Of a DNA stretch of 64,000 bases, positions 26,652 through 38,777 are shown piece after piece; position 1 is the first letter of the stretch, and each line of letters opens with the position of its first letter. Source of the stretch: Macrostomum lignano. Its lineage: Eukaryota. Location of the stretch: positions 186,001 through 250,000 of the forward strand of contig NIVC01001164.1 of NCBI GenBank assembly GCA_002269645.1. Direction: 5' to 3'. Made by a program: the position numbers and the translations under genes. Under the pieces are notes generated by a model. The model made no database searches. It had not been told where the DNA came from and saw nothing but the letters and a program-made list of their open reading frames with translations.

Positions 26652-27400
26652 AGATGAGTTTCGGATGAGCTTCAGATGAGCTTCAGATGATTTTCGGATG
26701 AGCTTCAGATGAGTTTCGGATGAGCTTCAGATGAGTTTCGGATGAGCTTCAGATGAGTTTCGGATGAGCTTCAGATGAGTTTCGGGTGAGCTTCAGATGA
26801 GCTTCAGATGATTTTCGGATGAGCTTCAGATGAGTTTCGGATGAGCTTCAGATGAGTTTCGGATGAGCTTCAGATGAGTTTCGGATGAGCTTCAGATGAG
26901 TTTCGGATGAGCTTCAGATGAGTTTCGGATGAGCTTCAGATGAGTTTCGGATGAGCTTCAGATGAGTTTCGGGTGAGCTTCAGATGAGTTTCGGATGAGC
27001 TTCAGATGAGTTTCGGATGAGCTTCAGATGAGTTTCGGATGAGCTTCAGATGAGTTTCGGATGAGCTTCAGATGAGTTTCGGATGAGCTTCAGATGAGTT
27101 TCGGGTGAGCTTCAGATTGGTTTCGGATGAGCTTCAGATGAGTTTCGGATGAGCTTCAGATGAGTTTCGGGTGAGCTTCAGATGAGTTTCGGGTGAGCTT
27201 CAGATGATTTTCGGATGAGTTTCGGGTGAGCTTCAGATGAGTTTCGGATGAGCTTCAGATTAGTTTAGGATGAGCTTCAGATGAGTTTCGGATGAGCTTC
27301 AGATTAGTTTCGGATGAGCTTCAGATTAGTTTCGGATGAGCTTCAGATTAGTTTCGGATGAGCTTCAGATGAGTTTCGGATGAGCTTCAGATGAGTTTCG
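26652..27400. repeat. 22-bp minisatellite (GATGAGTTTCGGATGAGCTTCA)n, made of two related 11-mers
   Basis: Direct reading. Confidence 0.95.
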
Positions 27401-27889
27401 TCTATAAAAATCATCTATAAACTTTAAAACGAACAGATGTCTTAACAAGTATTTAACAGTTTTTGCTTTCCTTGAAATCTTTAGCATTCTGTGTATTTAC
27501 TTGGCTTTTAGTTATTTCTACAATTTTCACTTGAAAAACTGTCAGGAGCGGAGCTGCAGGGCACACGACACAGATTTGCGCAGTTCAAAGCTGCGGTGCG
27601 ATATCAGATCTGGCTAAATTTAATAATTTGTCAAGTCTTTAAAAAGCACATTTTCTGTATCAGCAGAAGAGGCATTCGCTATTCTGTACTGCGCAACACT
27701 GCTAACAGCAAATAATCTGATTAAAATGCTTCAAGTCAATACGTAGAGGAGAAACCTTAACCCACGGACAGAGTTACAGCTGCGACAACCAATAATTAAT
27801 GACAATTATGCCATAATTGCTGGCGCACGAGCTGCATCCATGCGAAACCGCAGCAGTTTACGCGCGAACTTCTTTGACTATGCAACACT

Positions 27890-28910
27890 TTATGGCGCTT
27901 TGCTTATGCTTCTCATGGCGCTTTGCTTATGCTTCTCATGGCGCTTTGCTTATGCTTCTCATGGCGCTTTGCTTATGCTTCTCATGGCGCTTTGCTTATG
28001 CTTCTCATGGCGCCTTGTATATGCTTCTCATGGCGCTTTGCTTACGCTTCTCATGGCGCCTTGCTTACGCTTCTCATGGCGCCTTGCTTACGCTTCTCAT
28101 GGCGCCTTGCTTATGCTTCTCATGGCGCCTTGCTTACGCTTCTCATGGCGCTTTGCTTATGCTTCTCATGGCGCCTTGCTTATGCTTCTCATGGCGCCTT
28201 GCTTACGCTTCTCATGGCGCTTTGCTTATGCTTCTCATGGCGCCTTGCTTACGCTTCTCATGGCGCTCTGCTTATGCTTCTCATGGCGCCTTGCTTATGC
28301 TTCTCATGGCGCTTTGCTTATGCTTCTCATGGCGCTTTGCTTATGCTTCTCATGGCGCTTTGCTTATGCTTCTCATGGCGCTTTGCTTATGCTTCTCATG
28401 GCGCCTTGTATATGCTTCTCATGGCGCTTTGCTTACGCTTCTCATGGCGCCTTGCTTACGCTTCTCATGGCGCCTTGCTTACGCTTCTCATGGCGCCTTG
28501 CTTATGCTTCTCATGGCGCCTTGCTTACGCTTCTCATGGCGCTTTGCTTATGCTTCTCATGGCGCCTTGCTTATGCTTCTCATGGCGCCTTGCTTACGCT
28601 TCTCATGGCGCTTTGCTTATGCTTCTCATGGCGCCTTGCTTACGCTTCTCATGGCGCTCTGCTTATGCTTCTCATGGCGCCTTGCTTATGCTTCTCATGG
28701 CGCTTTGCTTACGCTTCTCATGGCGCTTTGCTTATGCTTCTCATGGCGCCTTGCTTACGCTTCTCATGGCGCTTTGCTTACGCTTCTCATGGCGCTTTGC
28801 TTATGCTTCTCATGGCGCTTTGCTTTTGCTTCTCATGGCGCCTTGCTTACGCTTCTCATGGCGCTTTGCTTATGCTTCTCATGGCGCCTTGCTTACGCTT
28901 TTCATGGCGC
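27890..28910. repeat. 23-bp minisatellite (ATGGCGCYTTGCTTAYGCTTCTC)n
   Basis: Direct reading; three overlapping long ORFs are its frames. Confidence 0.96.
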
Positions 28911-31660
28911 TCGATCTATTTTTTACGAGAGTATGTTTTGAGCTGATGAAACTGTTGAGAATCTGGATCAGAAAATTTCAACCTGCCTTTGAACTAAGCA
29001 TTTAACTGGCTGTGTCCAATCGGGTTGATCTTCCTTCGGCATGTCTTACTGTTTAAACATGAAGCGGCTATGCATGTATGTGTTGTCAATCAATGTTTGT
29101 CCAAAATCACGAGAGCATGTCGACTGGGCTGATCATACTCAATGCTAAGCCCGAATAGTATGCCCACATTTACCCAGTAAATAAATTCGAAAACAATTTC
29201 TACATATGCGGGACTGCAATGCCCACTGACAAGATTATTGTTAGCGAATTGGGGGATAGGCGATCGCAGTGGGAGGAGTGGAAGACAGGATAAATGACGT
29301 CACAGTGTGATCTCGCAGACGCAAGCCGCTCTGACTTCCACGCCCCTCACAGCCACAAGCTTATAATCTGTGTCAACATTTATGAAAGCCCCGCAGGAGG
29401 CCAATACTTGGTCTGCTGTGCTCAAATCTAATTCACTTCTTCTAATACTTACATTGCTATTGTTCAGGTTGGAGTCATTGTTAAACCCATATCCCCAATT
29501 TTAATCTTTTACGCATCCTCTTATATACTGGACACTGAATCATTTTTTGGCTTCTTAAACGGCCCCTAGGGCAAATTTTAAGTCAAATACCATGCAGACA
29601 TTTTGAGCTTAAAGTTCGAAAAAATTCGGGAATAAATGAGGTAGTGCTAAAAATCTTGCATTGTTATCTTAATTGGTAGATTTATCTCTAGGTTTCGAGT
29701 GCGTAAATGGGTTTTCATAACTTCCTTAAAATCAAAATAATAAATTTTAAATATCGCCACGTGACCTACCTGATCTGCCATACAAAAATACTCATGATTG
29801 CAGTACAGTCCGCAGTCAGTTAAAAAGATCGTAATTGTGGACTGAGGGATAGCTGCATGGCCATAGAGACTCAATTCTTTTAATCGATCGATTGATTGAA
29901 GAGCTAATATGAACTCTGTAACTACTTTCTGTATATCACTTTTGGCGCAGTTAATCGCAGGTAATTATTTTTTTACATCCCTGGGGAAATCAGGAGTTAC
30001 ATAACTAATGTACCAAACTACGTACTATATATGCTAATGCCTATGTATCCATAATTTTAGCAGATTATTATTTTGACTAATTATTTTTACTTTACTAGTG
30101 TGCTGCATTCTCTCTGAATGTTAGAATAAAAATACCTATATACTACTGCTTTTATTAAGTAGTTAAACCTTATTAACATTGTTAGAAACTACCCTGCTGT
30201 ATTCATTTACCTGAAGACTATCCTTCAGTCACATTAATTTTTCTATCGCATAGGGGCTATTATGAAGAGATCAGAAGTAGGAGCGAGTTCAAGTCATAGG
30301 TTGCTTCTGCTCTGTGTATGTGGCAGTTAAGAGGTTGCACACGACACAACTGCTTGCAACTGTAGGAATTGATGGAGCAAAATTTATATTTAATAAATCA
30401 GGAATAGAAATTAAACTGACAACAATTTTTTTCAGTCTTCAATTAAAAGAAAGGAGAGAGGAAAGATAAAAACTGCCCTCTTGATGCGCTTTAGGCCGTA
30501 CGGTACAAATAAAAAGAACAAAATTAAGCAATAAAGATAGAAGAGCTTCTCACTAGAATGCACAGAAAAAACATGCAACAATTGAACAATAGTTTTATCG
30601 TATGCAGCAGAAAACTTTTTTTGCTTTTTTGTTATAGTCTTTTTGCAAGAAGGCGTTGTTTCAAAAAGGTACACGCAATTTTGATAGATCGTAATAAAAA
30701 AGTATTATTTTGGCTTTTGATAACTGCGATACCCAAAAGGTATTGCCGAAAGGCGATTATGTCGGAGTATCTGAGTATCGGAATTGTACTAAACAGTGTA
30801 TAATACATTTACTTATGCAAGCTTCCTTGCATATTATTTTTGCAGAGACGAATAGTCCTGTGGTGGTGGTACCTGCTGCCTGCTGGCTGTCTTGGCAGTC
30901 TTGCCACACCATGCTGCCATGTTAACTTTAAATAAATTATAGCTAATAAAAGTATAAGTTTGTCATAATTTAATTTTAAAAAGCAGAAATATCTTTATAA
31001 GTCGTGACTTTAGTCTGCTTAGTCACATTTACTGATTAACCTAGATTAGGCCTAAGGATTTGGATTTCTACTAAACTAAAAAAGTGAATTATATAAATAA
31101 TAACTATTTGCAGTTAAAAAATGGTACCTATATATGTTGATATAAATCTTCCATTAAAAAGAGTTATCATTTTTGTTAGGCCTATTAACATTTAGTAATA
31201 TTCTAACTTAACATTTGTATAATATTTATATATAATAATAGTGTAGCCGTAGGCACCCAGTAAAATGCAGAATTTGCATTAGAAGGATCTGGATAAACTT
31301 GTCAACTTTTTATTTATCAACTTGATTCAACTATTTTAATATATGCTTGGGCATGGTAACAGTCCACTTCGATAACGGCCATTTTGATAGAAAGACATTT
31401 CAGTAACAAATGAGAATAATATAATAAGCATTAATTGATATGCTCCGAAACTGAAAGGATGTGCAAACAAACTTTAAAGAAAGAACGACAAAACACATGC
31501 ATACCTACATGTGTTTAACTTGTTTTAAAGTGTTTTAACCAATTTATTTTAATTTCTAGATGGGTCAGATTACGTGCACCCAAGACATCTTGTAATTGAC
31601 CAAATTTTGTATACTGTGTACATTGGAATCTCTGATCTAGTTAGCAAATAGTGAATAGTA

Positions 31661-31684
31661 GTCACGTGACTGCTCTCAGCCAAT
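31661..31684. promoter_or_regulatory. palindromic E-box GTCACGTGAC followed by a CCAAT box (possible housekeeping promoter)
   Basis: GTCACGTGAC at 31661-31670 (USF/TFE3/CLEAR-type) and CCAAT at 31680-31684. Target gene unknown; BET1 ATG is 4 kb downstream. Confidence 0.3.
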
Positions 31685-31738
31685 AGCAACTTACATGTGT
31701 GTGTTGCCAATAGAAATGGTCAAGTGATTCCCAAGGTT

Positions 31739-32626
31739 CATACATGCGCAACCTCCCTGATTTATACTGGCCATGCGACTTACTTTTTGACCAAAAATGC
31801 AACTTTCCTGAAAAAAACTATTGCAATTTTGGGTAAATGGCAGGAGTAACTATGACTGTCTTATAAGGGCTAAATGCCTCAGCATCTAATTAGTACTACG
31901 TCTGTATTCTTTAGGCTGGGCATTTTTGCGACTTACCCCTGGTCCTAGAGCTTGAACGGGATCCCGATCCCAATCTTGAATTCTCGAGATCCCGAAGATT
32001 TTTCGGGAATTCGGGATCGGGATCCCGAAGGCTTAGAGAACTCGGGATTCGAGAGCACAATAGATTGATAATGAAGATGATGCTTTCAACAATCAAGAGC
32101 AGTAATCAATACTAAGCTAATTTTTGTAACACCAACTATAAATATGTTGAAAGTCTGATCTTGAATTCACCAAATAAAGCAGCAGATTTTTACTTAGTTA
32201 CAGATTTGTAAAGAGTTGTACTCGTAAATAACGAACTAACAAGTATGAGGCTTTTCACGAAGCGATTCGAGTTTGAGGCTTTTCACGAAGCAATTCGAGT
32301 TTGAGGCTTTTCACGAAGCGATTCCAGAACCAGAATTTTACAAGAAAAAAGCAGTAAAACTAATGTAATTCAATATTATATTAATGCAGAACAGTCGCCT
32401 TTCGTGCGATTTTTAGCCAAGTAAGTAATATATTCCCAGATCCCGGATTCCCGAATACTAATCCCGAATCCCGATCCCGAAATTATTTTCAATCCCGATC
32501 CCAAAATTATTTTCAATCCCAATCCTGCCCGATCCCAAAAATTCTGCTCCCGTTCGAGCTCTACCTGGTCCACCACAATTTATGGTGGCCAGATCAGCCA
32601 GGTCAGCCAGCAGTTGCGCATTTATG
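31739..32626. mobile_element. MITE (CATACATGCGC termini) interrupted by a nested hAT MITE
   Basis: 31739..~31895 is an inverted copy of ~35375..35535; the other end GTTGCGCATTTATG is at ~32613-32626. Confidence 0.5.
31946..32563. mobile_element. non-autonomous hAT element
   Basis: TIR TAGAGCTTGAACGGGA ... TCCCGTTCGAGCTCTA, perfect 8-bp TSD CCTGGTCC on both sides, and GGGATC/GATCCC subterminal repeats. Confidence 0.88.
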
Positions 32627-32825
32627 CCAAGGTTGCATGTCATGTATATTCTGACAAGTTTATTATTAGGAAAATCCTAGCATATATGTCACCTTCCAAA
32701 CTATGGTTGTAATTCCTAGTAGTTGGCATGGAAGATTATTAGTTTTATTGTTAGTATAGTTTTATTGTATTTTATTTTATCATGGTAGACTAATTTGTAC
32801 ATGGCAGACTACGCCTACTAGGTAG

Positions 32826-33562
32826 TAAAGATTCCAATCCTGGGATCTTAGGATCCTAGGATTGGGCCTCTAAAGCTGGGATTTCAGTCCCAAGATTTTG
32901 GGACAAACAGAATCCCAAGATTGTAAATCTTAGGATCTAAATAGGCCCTATTTTAGGATCCCAGATCCTGGGATTTTGGCCCTCAAATCCTTGGATTTCA
33001 TTGGGATTATTTTATATTTTGTAACAATGTCTGTAGAATAGAACCAAATAATAAAAGAAAGGAGATTGCGAGCATTTTCATTAGAATGACATGTTTCGCC
33101 TAACTTTAGGCATTATCAGGTAGATAAATAAAATAAATTCCAATCTGCCCGATGATGCCTAAAGTTAGGCAAAACATGGCGTTCTAATGAAAATGCTCGC
33201 AATCTCCTTTCTTTTACTTCTCATTATCAAGCGTGCTGTTCTACCAGAACCAAATAATATTCAATATTTAATATGGGATAATAACAAATCAATTGTAGCT
33301 AGGGTCTTGAAAGGTCAAAACAGAGAATTTGGACCACAATTAGAGCCAAAAACATAGGCTTTAGGATTAAAACTTAGTTTTGATATAAAAATTAGATAGT
33401 AGATCCATTCTAATTCCTAGATCCCAAGATCCTAGGATTTCCTAAAGTTTAAAGCAGGATTGTAATATTAAACAAGTCCAAGAATTTTTGGGATTTATAA
33501 CCATGGAATTTAGGGATTTTTTAATCCTAGGATTGTCAATTGTTGGTATTTTGGAATCCCTA
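32826..33562. mobile_element. non-autonomous hAT-like element carrying an internal fold-back
   Basis: Ends TAAAGATTCCAA ... TTGGAATCCCTA; flanks CTAGGTAG and CTAGGTGG give a 7/8 TSD match. Confidence 0.6.
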
Positions 33563-34307
33563 CTAGGTGGTATACGCTGCTGTCTAGTATCCAATCAATC
33601 TAGTAAAAACCATAGTCTAGATCATGCTAGGTGCATACCCAAACAAAAATTAAATAGTTACAAATGCATGCCAAAAACTTTAAGTGTATGCCCATACTCT
33701 CAAATCTAGGCTAGCATTGCAACAATATATGACCTTTTTGCATTGCAATAGTAAATGACCTTTTGCATTGCTTAAAGGACATTTTTTGGCTAATAATTTG
33801 ATTGATTAAGGGGCCTATTTGTCTTTTTTGCCTATACTATTTATAGCAAAAAATTTTTATACACAAACATTTATTTGAATGCTTTATTACTAGTTAAAAA
33901 CTAGAAAGCCTAAAATTTATTCTTAAAAAAGAACTTTTCAATCTTCTTTCCACCTAACACTAATTCTTTGGCATAAATCTATAAGATGCACACTAGGTAT
34001 ACATATATACTATTTTCTTAAGAGTCATGCATATCAACTGTGCATGCTTAACTTTTGGCATACAAAACCAATGCATGCCCAAATTTTTAGGCATATATTA
34101 TATAATCTAGAGTGTGGCTTTTAAGTTTGTATCATAGGTTTAAATTATTTCTTTCAGAATAAAAACATATAAAAAGGTAATAATACATAAGAAAACTTTA
34201 GGTAAATAAAATAGTTGTAGTTTTGATAAAATCATAATTTTGTCTTTACAAGGGTTTTTGATAATGCTAATTTCCAATTTGATATTTATTTGTTTGTAGA
34301 TGAAAGC

Positions 34308-34870
34308 CAACCACTGGGGCATGGAAAATGTGAGGTTTTAGGGTGGGTAGAATTTTTATAGGGATTGATTTTATGTACCTAAACTTCAATAGAGACATGG
34401 GGTCTATTGAAGTTTAGGTAGATAAATTCTGAGACTAAGAGGGAGGAAAGGTCTCAGGGGAAAGGTGCTAACAACTACCAACAACTAGGGCATGGAATGA
34501 GGGTTTTAGGGTGGGATGAATCTTCATGGGTATTTATTTTTTGTACTAAACTTCAATAGAAGCATGAAGGTCATAAAGATAAATTCCAAGACTGACTACC
34601 AACAACTGGGGCATGGGAAATGGGGGGTTAGGGTAGGGAGAATTTTTAATGGGGATGGACTTTATATACCTAAACTTCAATAGAGGCATGGGGATCTATT
34701 GAAGATTAGGTAGATAAATTTTGAGACTGAGGAGGGCAGGTCTCAGGGGGGGGGGCTGACAACCACAAACAGCTAGGGAATGGGGAATGGGGGATTTTAA
34801 GGTGGGGAGAATTTTCATAGGGACTGATTTTATGTGTACCTAAAATTTAATAGAGACAGGGGTCTATTGG
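34308..34870. repeat. four diverged ~120-190-bp tandem units, each with a hairpin motif
   Basis: Recurring CCAAC(C/A)ACT(G/A)GGGCATGG ... TACCTAAACTTCAATAGA ... GATAAATT; perfect 18-bp stem at 34376-34393/34403-34420. Confidence 0.8.
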
Positions 34871-35299
34871 GAAAATTGCAATGATGCTTAAATAAAAAAT
34901 TTAGCAAGTTATCAAATATTTCCTTAGAGAAAAATTATAAACCTATCAAAATTAATTGATATCAGCAGCTATAGTTACTTTCAGAATAGAGACAATGCAG
35001 ATTAGTAGAAATTATTATCGGTAAACAGGTAAAGAATGTATAGCTGGTAGTCACAACAATGAGAAAATGACAATGAATCAAAAAGTGAGAGGTAAGGGGC
35101 AAGTTGAAGTATCTTGACATATGCTATGACAAAAAACCTAGCCTAGAAAAAAAAGTGTTAAGCAGACTGATTATGTTAGTGACTTAGTAGTACAGATTCT
35201 AAAGTTAGCTAATTTGGTATGAAACTTTATTATAAAACTTGGATATTTGCTTGTATGATTGGCAGTATTTTTTTATTATTGTCATTTGCTAATCTGTAT

Positions 35300-35535
35300 C
35301 ATACATGCGCAACACCCAGCCGATCTAGCTGGCTAGCAAGGGGCCTAGCTAAGATGGCCTCAATCTATAGACAACTAATTAGCTGACGAGGCATTTAGCC
35401 TTAATAATACAATCATAGTTATTCCTGCCGTTTACCCAAAATTGCATTAATTTTTGCTTACGTTTTTTCATAGATAAGTTACATTTTGGTCAAAAATCGC
35501 ATGGCTGGTCTAATTCAGGGGGGTGTGCATGTATG
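35300..35535. mobile_element. short MITE with CATACATGC ... GCATGTATG termini
   Basis: Terminal inverted repeats read directly; a second copy lies at 31739. Confidence 0.55.
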
Positions 35536-35715
35536 ATCGATATATATATATTTTTTTTGACAATACATTATACTATAATCATAACAGATAGAGTAGATTT
35601 ATACTATTATAATATTTTCCTATTTTTATATCAAAAACTGTCCTAAATAACTAGTGAAATGGCATCACTGTAAGAAAGCATGGATCAATTGAACAATTTT
35701 TTGCATGTCAATTAA

Positions 35716-36072
35716 ATGCGTCGAGCTCAGCAGAGCACTCAGCCACAGCACCAGCCCTACAGTGGCTACACATCGACAACCACCAACCAAGAGCAGGTGG
35801 AGCAAGAGAATGACAATTTAACAAATCAGCTGCGGAGTAAGGTGTCGGAATTGAAACACCTGAGCATTAATATTGGCACAGAAATACGCGACCAGAATGG
35901 CATGCTGGGCAATATGCAGAGCGATTTTGACAAGTCTGAAGCTGTACTCAGAGCGTCAATGGCCAAGCTGGTGCATATTAGTAAGACTGTGTGGAGCTCC
36001 AATAAGCTGCTAGTTAATCTGCTGCTATTTGCTCTGCTTGTATTCCTAATTATTTGGCTTCTGTATAGATAG
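35716..36072 (+). CDS. BET1: BET1 ER-Golgi Qc-SNARE, 118 aa, intronless CDS
   Basis: Starts MRRA; SNARE heptad EQENDNLTNQLRSKVSELKHLSINIGTEIRDQN with the zero-layer Q; C-terminal TM anchor LLLFALLVFLIIWLLYR. Size and motifs match BET1 as I recall it. AATAAA at ~36560. Confidence 0.92.
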   Translation: MRRAQQSTQPQHQPYSGYTSTTTNQEQVEQENDNLTNQLRSKVSELKHLSINIGTEIRDQNGMLGNMQSDFDKSEAVLRASMAKLVHISKTVWSSNKLLVNLLLFALLVFLIIWLLYR

Positions 36073-37814
36073 ATGGAGTCATCAGTGAGCTCGGACTCTC
36101 GATATATGGAAGCTTTTCAAGCGTTTTATCTGTGTTCCTGGTGGATGGATTGAGAGACTTTTCATTTGGAATTAACAAGTCTTATGCGTGATTCTGAGCT
36201 GTCAGATTTCATTCCATCTCCACTCAAGACATACATATATATATTAGTTGTACAGACATACTGCCTCACACTACTAGGGTAAGTATGTGGAGAAATCCCA
36301 AGTAGAATGATGCCTAGAACGGAAGCGTAACTTAAATGACAGGCTAAAACTCCAAAGACACCCCATTGTAATTACTAAATTGATGATTTTATTTAATCTC
36401 CTTCCTGTTAAGCAATGAGTTCCTTATACTATGAAATTATTTTAATGTATGTTTTCGATGGTTCATGTGGATTTGTTGTTTTTTTGTCTAAATATAATAT
36501 ATTTATGTTCTCTGATTGAAGTATTCTAATGTTTTTGCCGTTATAATCTTGCAGTTGGCAATAAATGCTGTTATCAGGAATTATTTTTTAATTTTTGTCT
36601 GTCTAAAATGGTAAAACTAACTATCAAGTTATCAGTTACTCGCTAAGCAGTAATAAAGTTCAACTGTAGCAGGAAGTCACGGCGGTAGTCGCATTTGCTT
36701 TTTCGGTTCTCTTAGTACCAAAACAATCACATTGCCATCTAGCATTTTGGGTCCTTTAAAGTCATAATGGCAGCTGTATCAGTAACAAGTTCGAAATAAA
36801 TAACGTCTTTATCCCTAAGTTTACATTGTTGGGCCTCTCTAACCCACATAAATCTGCAGAGTGTAGACACTTGTTTACCGCTGACTTGAATTGGCAACTT
36901 AAAGAAGTCTTGAATTAAACACCAAGAATCCCAATAACTATGAATTCAAATATGAATTATAAAAATCATAGAACCTGGCGCCAATCTGCACAGAAGTTGC
37001 TTTAAAATGAGAGCCAACATCTGTCCCTAGCGCTTCTTGGCCTTTACTTGTCTGTGTTTGCAAAGATTATCTATGCCTACGGCAGTTTCATAGGCTTAAG
37101 TTCCTGTACAAGTGCTGGAATCGAACAGATAAAAATGAAATATGTTTTGTTTCGATACTAGCAAATATTTACTCTGAAAGTCTTGACCGCGCAATGTGCC
37201 AGCTGTTAGTGCTTAGCCATGCAAAATACAATGCTGTACAACTACACATGCAGGCAACAGCTGCGTATGTGACTATCGACTTTTCTACTTTTGACTGTCA
37301 TATTTTCCTTGGAGACTACTTGATTTATTGATTCCGCGGGTTGCCGGGGAACTTAGATGCGGGTGTGGGTACTCAAATCGCGTATGCAAATTCTCTCGAC
37401 CCTCATCGAGAGTTTCTGCGTGGATTTTCTGTTTTTCTCTACAGCTGTCGTGGCTGATTTTTTTAGTTCGTCACGACTTGGCTGGCTGCATTGCATTCCC
37501 AGCGCGTTGCCTATAGGGATATCGGGTTTCAGTGTCAAATTTCCCAAATAAACTCCATCTGAGCTTTCATGCAGACGCTTTTTTATTGAGTATCGGTGAG
37601 CGCCGCAAGGATTTGACCAGCTTCTGGGATTGCTTGCCACTGAAATGATTTTGGCTCTGAAAATATGATATATTTAGGCCACTTGGTGTGATTATGTTAC
37701 TTGCTGACATCATTATAGTACATGTTTTTTGACATAATTTTGACCCTGTAGACAATTTTGACCCTACTGACAAATTTGACCCTGATAACATGATTTTGAC
37801 CCTGCTGACATGAT

Positions 37815-38163
37815 TTTTTTATTAGAGGCAGGGGGCTGTGTGCACCCTGGCGCACTTTAAGCGACATGGCACACAACCGGCGAGAGGCATTACTGCCCAT
37901 TCCGCCGACTCCCCTGAGCAGGCGCACAAGCGCGCGGATACGTACGCAGGCACACACTCGTACAGCGGCCCTAACTTTATATTATCGTTAGGCATGTACA
38001 CTTCACTGCGCCTTGGGGGGTTGGCTCTCAAGGCCGTTAATTGCACGAGCAGAGCCAAACCGAGATTCCAATAAGCCCCAAATTAATGTGACTGTACTTG
38101 GAATCGAGCCTGGGTCGCTGGCACACCAGAGCAGCTGCGCTACCGCTGGGCTACGGCCCCCTT
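37815..38163 (-). mobile_element. full-length tRNA-derived SINE
   Basis: Minus strand begins GGGGGCCGTAGCCCAGCGGTAGCGC (A box) ... GGCTCGATTCC (B box), has an ~270-bp body and an A-rich tail (AATAAAAAAA). 13-bp TSD CTGCTGACATGAT at 37802-37814 and 38164-38176. Confidence 0.85.
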
Positions 38164-38777
38164 CTGCTGACATGATATTACAATAGTGCCGCTGGCGCTA
38201 ACAAGGTGTTGTTGGCGCCCCTGACAGTAAAGGGCACGCTCGACACCTTTTTCGGTTTGGGCCGCGCTTGGTCCTTTGGGAAATGGGTGGCCATCAGCAC
38301 AGAGAGAATATTAAAGATGCAACTCAAATGTTAAAAATCAAAAGAGCTTCTATCAGACACGCATCTAGATAGTTAATCTGCGAGACAAAACCGTTGGCTT
38401 AAATTCTGAAAGACTGCTCAAGAATCCTCCTTATAAGAAACAAAGGAAAATATAAATCCCCTAGAAAGAGGGCTGAAAAGGTCACTCTAATTAATTATTA
38501 ACTTGCATTTATTTCACACGGAAAATAGTCGCATAAAAATGTCTGAATATAGATAGGGGCGGGAGACCTATGGGATTTGGAAAGAGATTAAGGGATCGGC
38601 ATCAGCTCTCCCATGCAGTCAGTCTGATCTTCCCTTCTCGTGATTGGCTGGTGAGGGTCGTCCATAGCTGGATTGCAGTATCTGGGCTTTACATATACAC
38701 TGCGGTTTACGTGATCACGAATATATGGTTTTTATAGGCTTCTAAAGCAAGCAAATATTCAGCTACCGGGTCTACTC

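Noticed and set aside
25153-28946. Long hydrophobic repeat ORFs (RIWSLSV; LLMALCLCFSWR)
   Set aside because: These are stop-free frames of the 21-bp and 23-bp arrays.
36700-37800. Short ORFs between BET1 and the SINE
   Set aside because: No recognisable product or phase-consistent exon chain.
38090-38161. tRNA gene on the minus strand
   Set aside because: The acceptor and anticodon stems do not pair; it is the head of a TSD-flanked SINE.
38284-38292. TGGGTGGCC, a one-mismatch GLI binding site upstream of the GPCR
   Set aside because: A single degenerate 9-mer is expected by chance in 64 kb.
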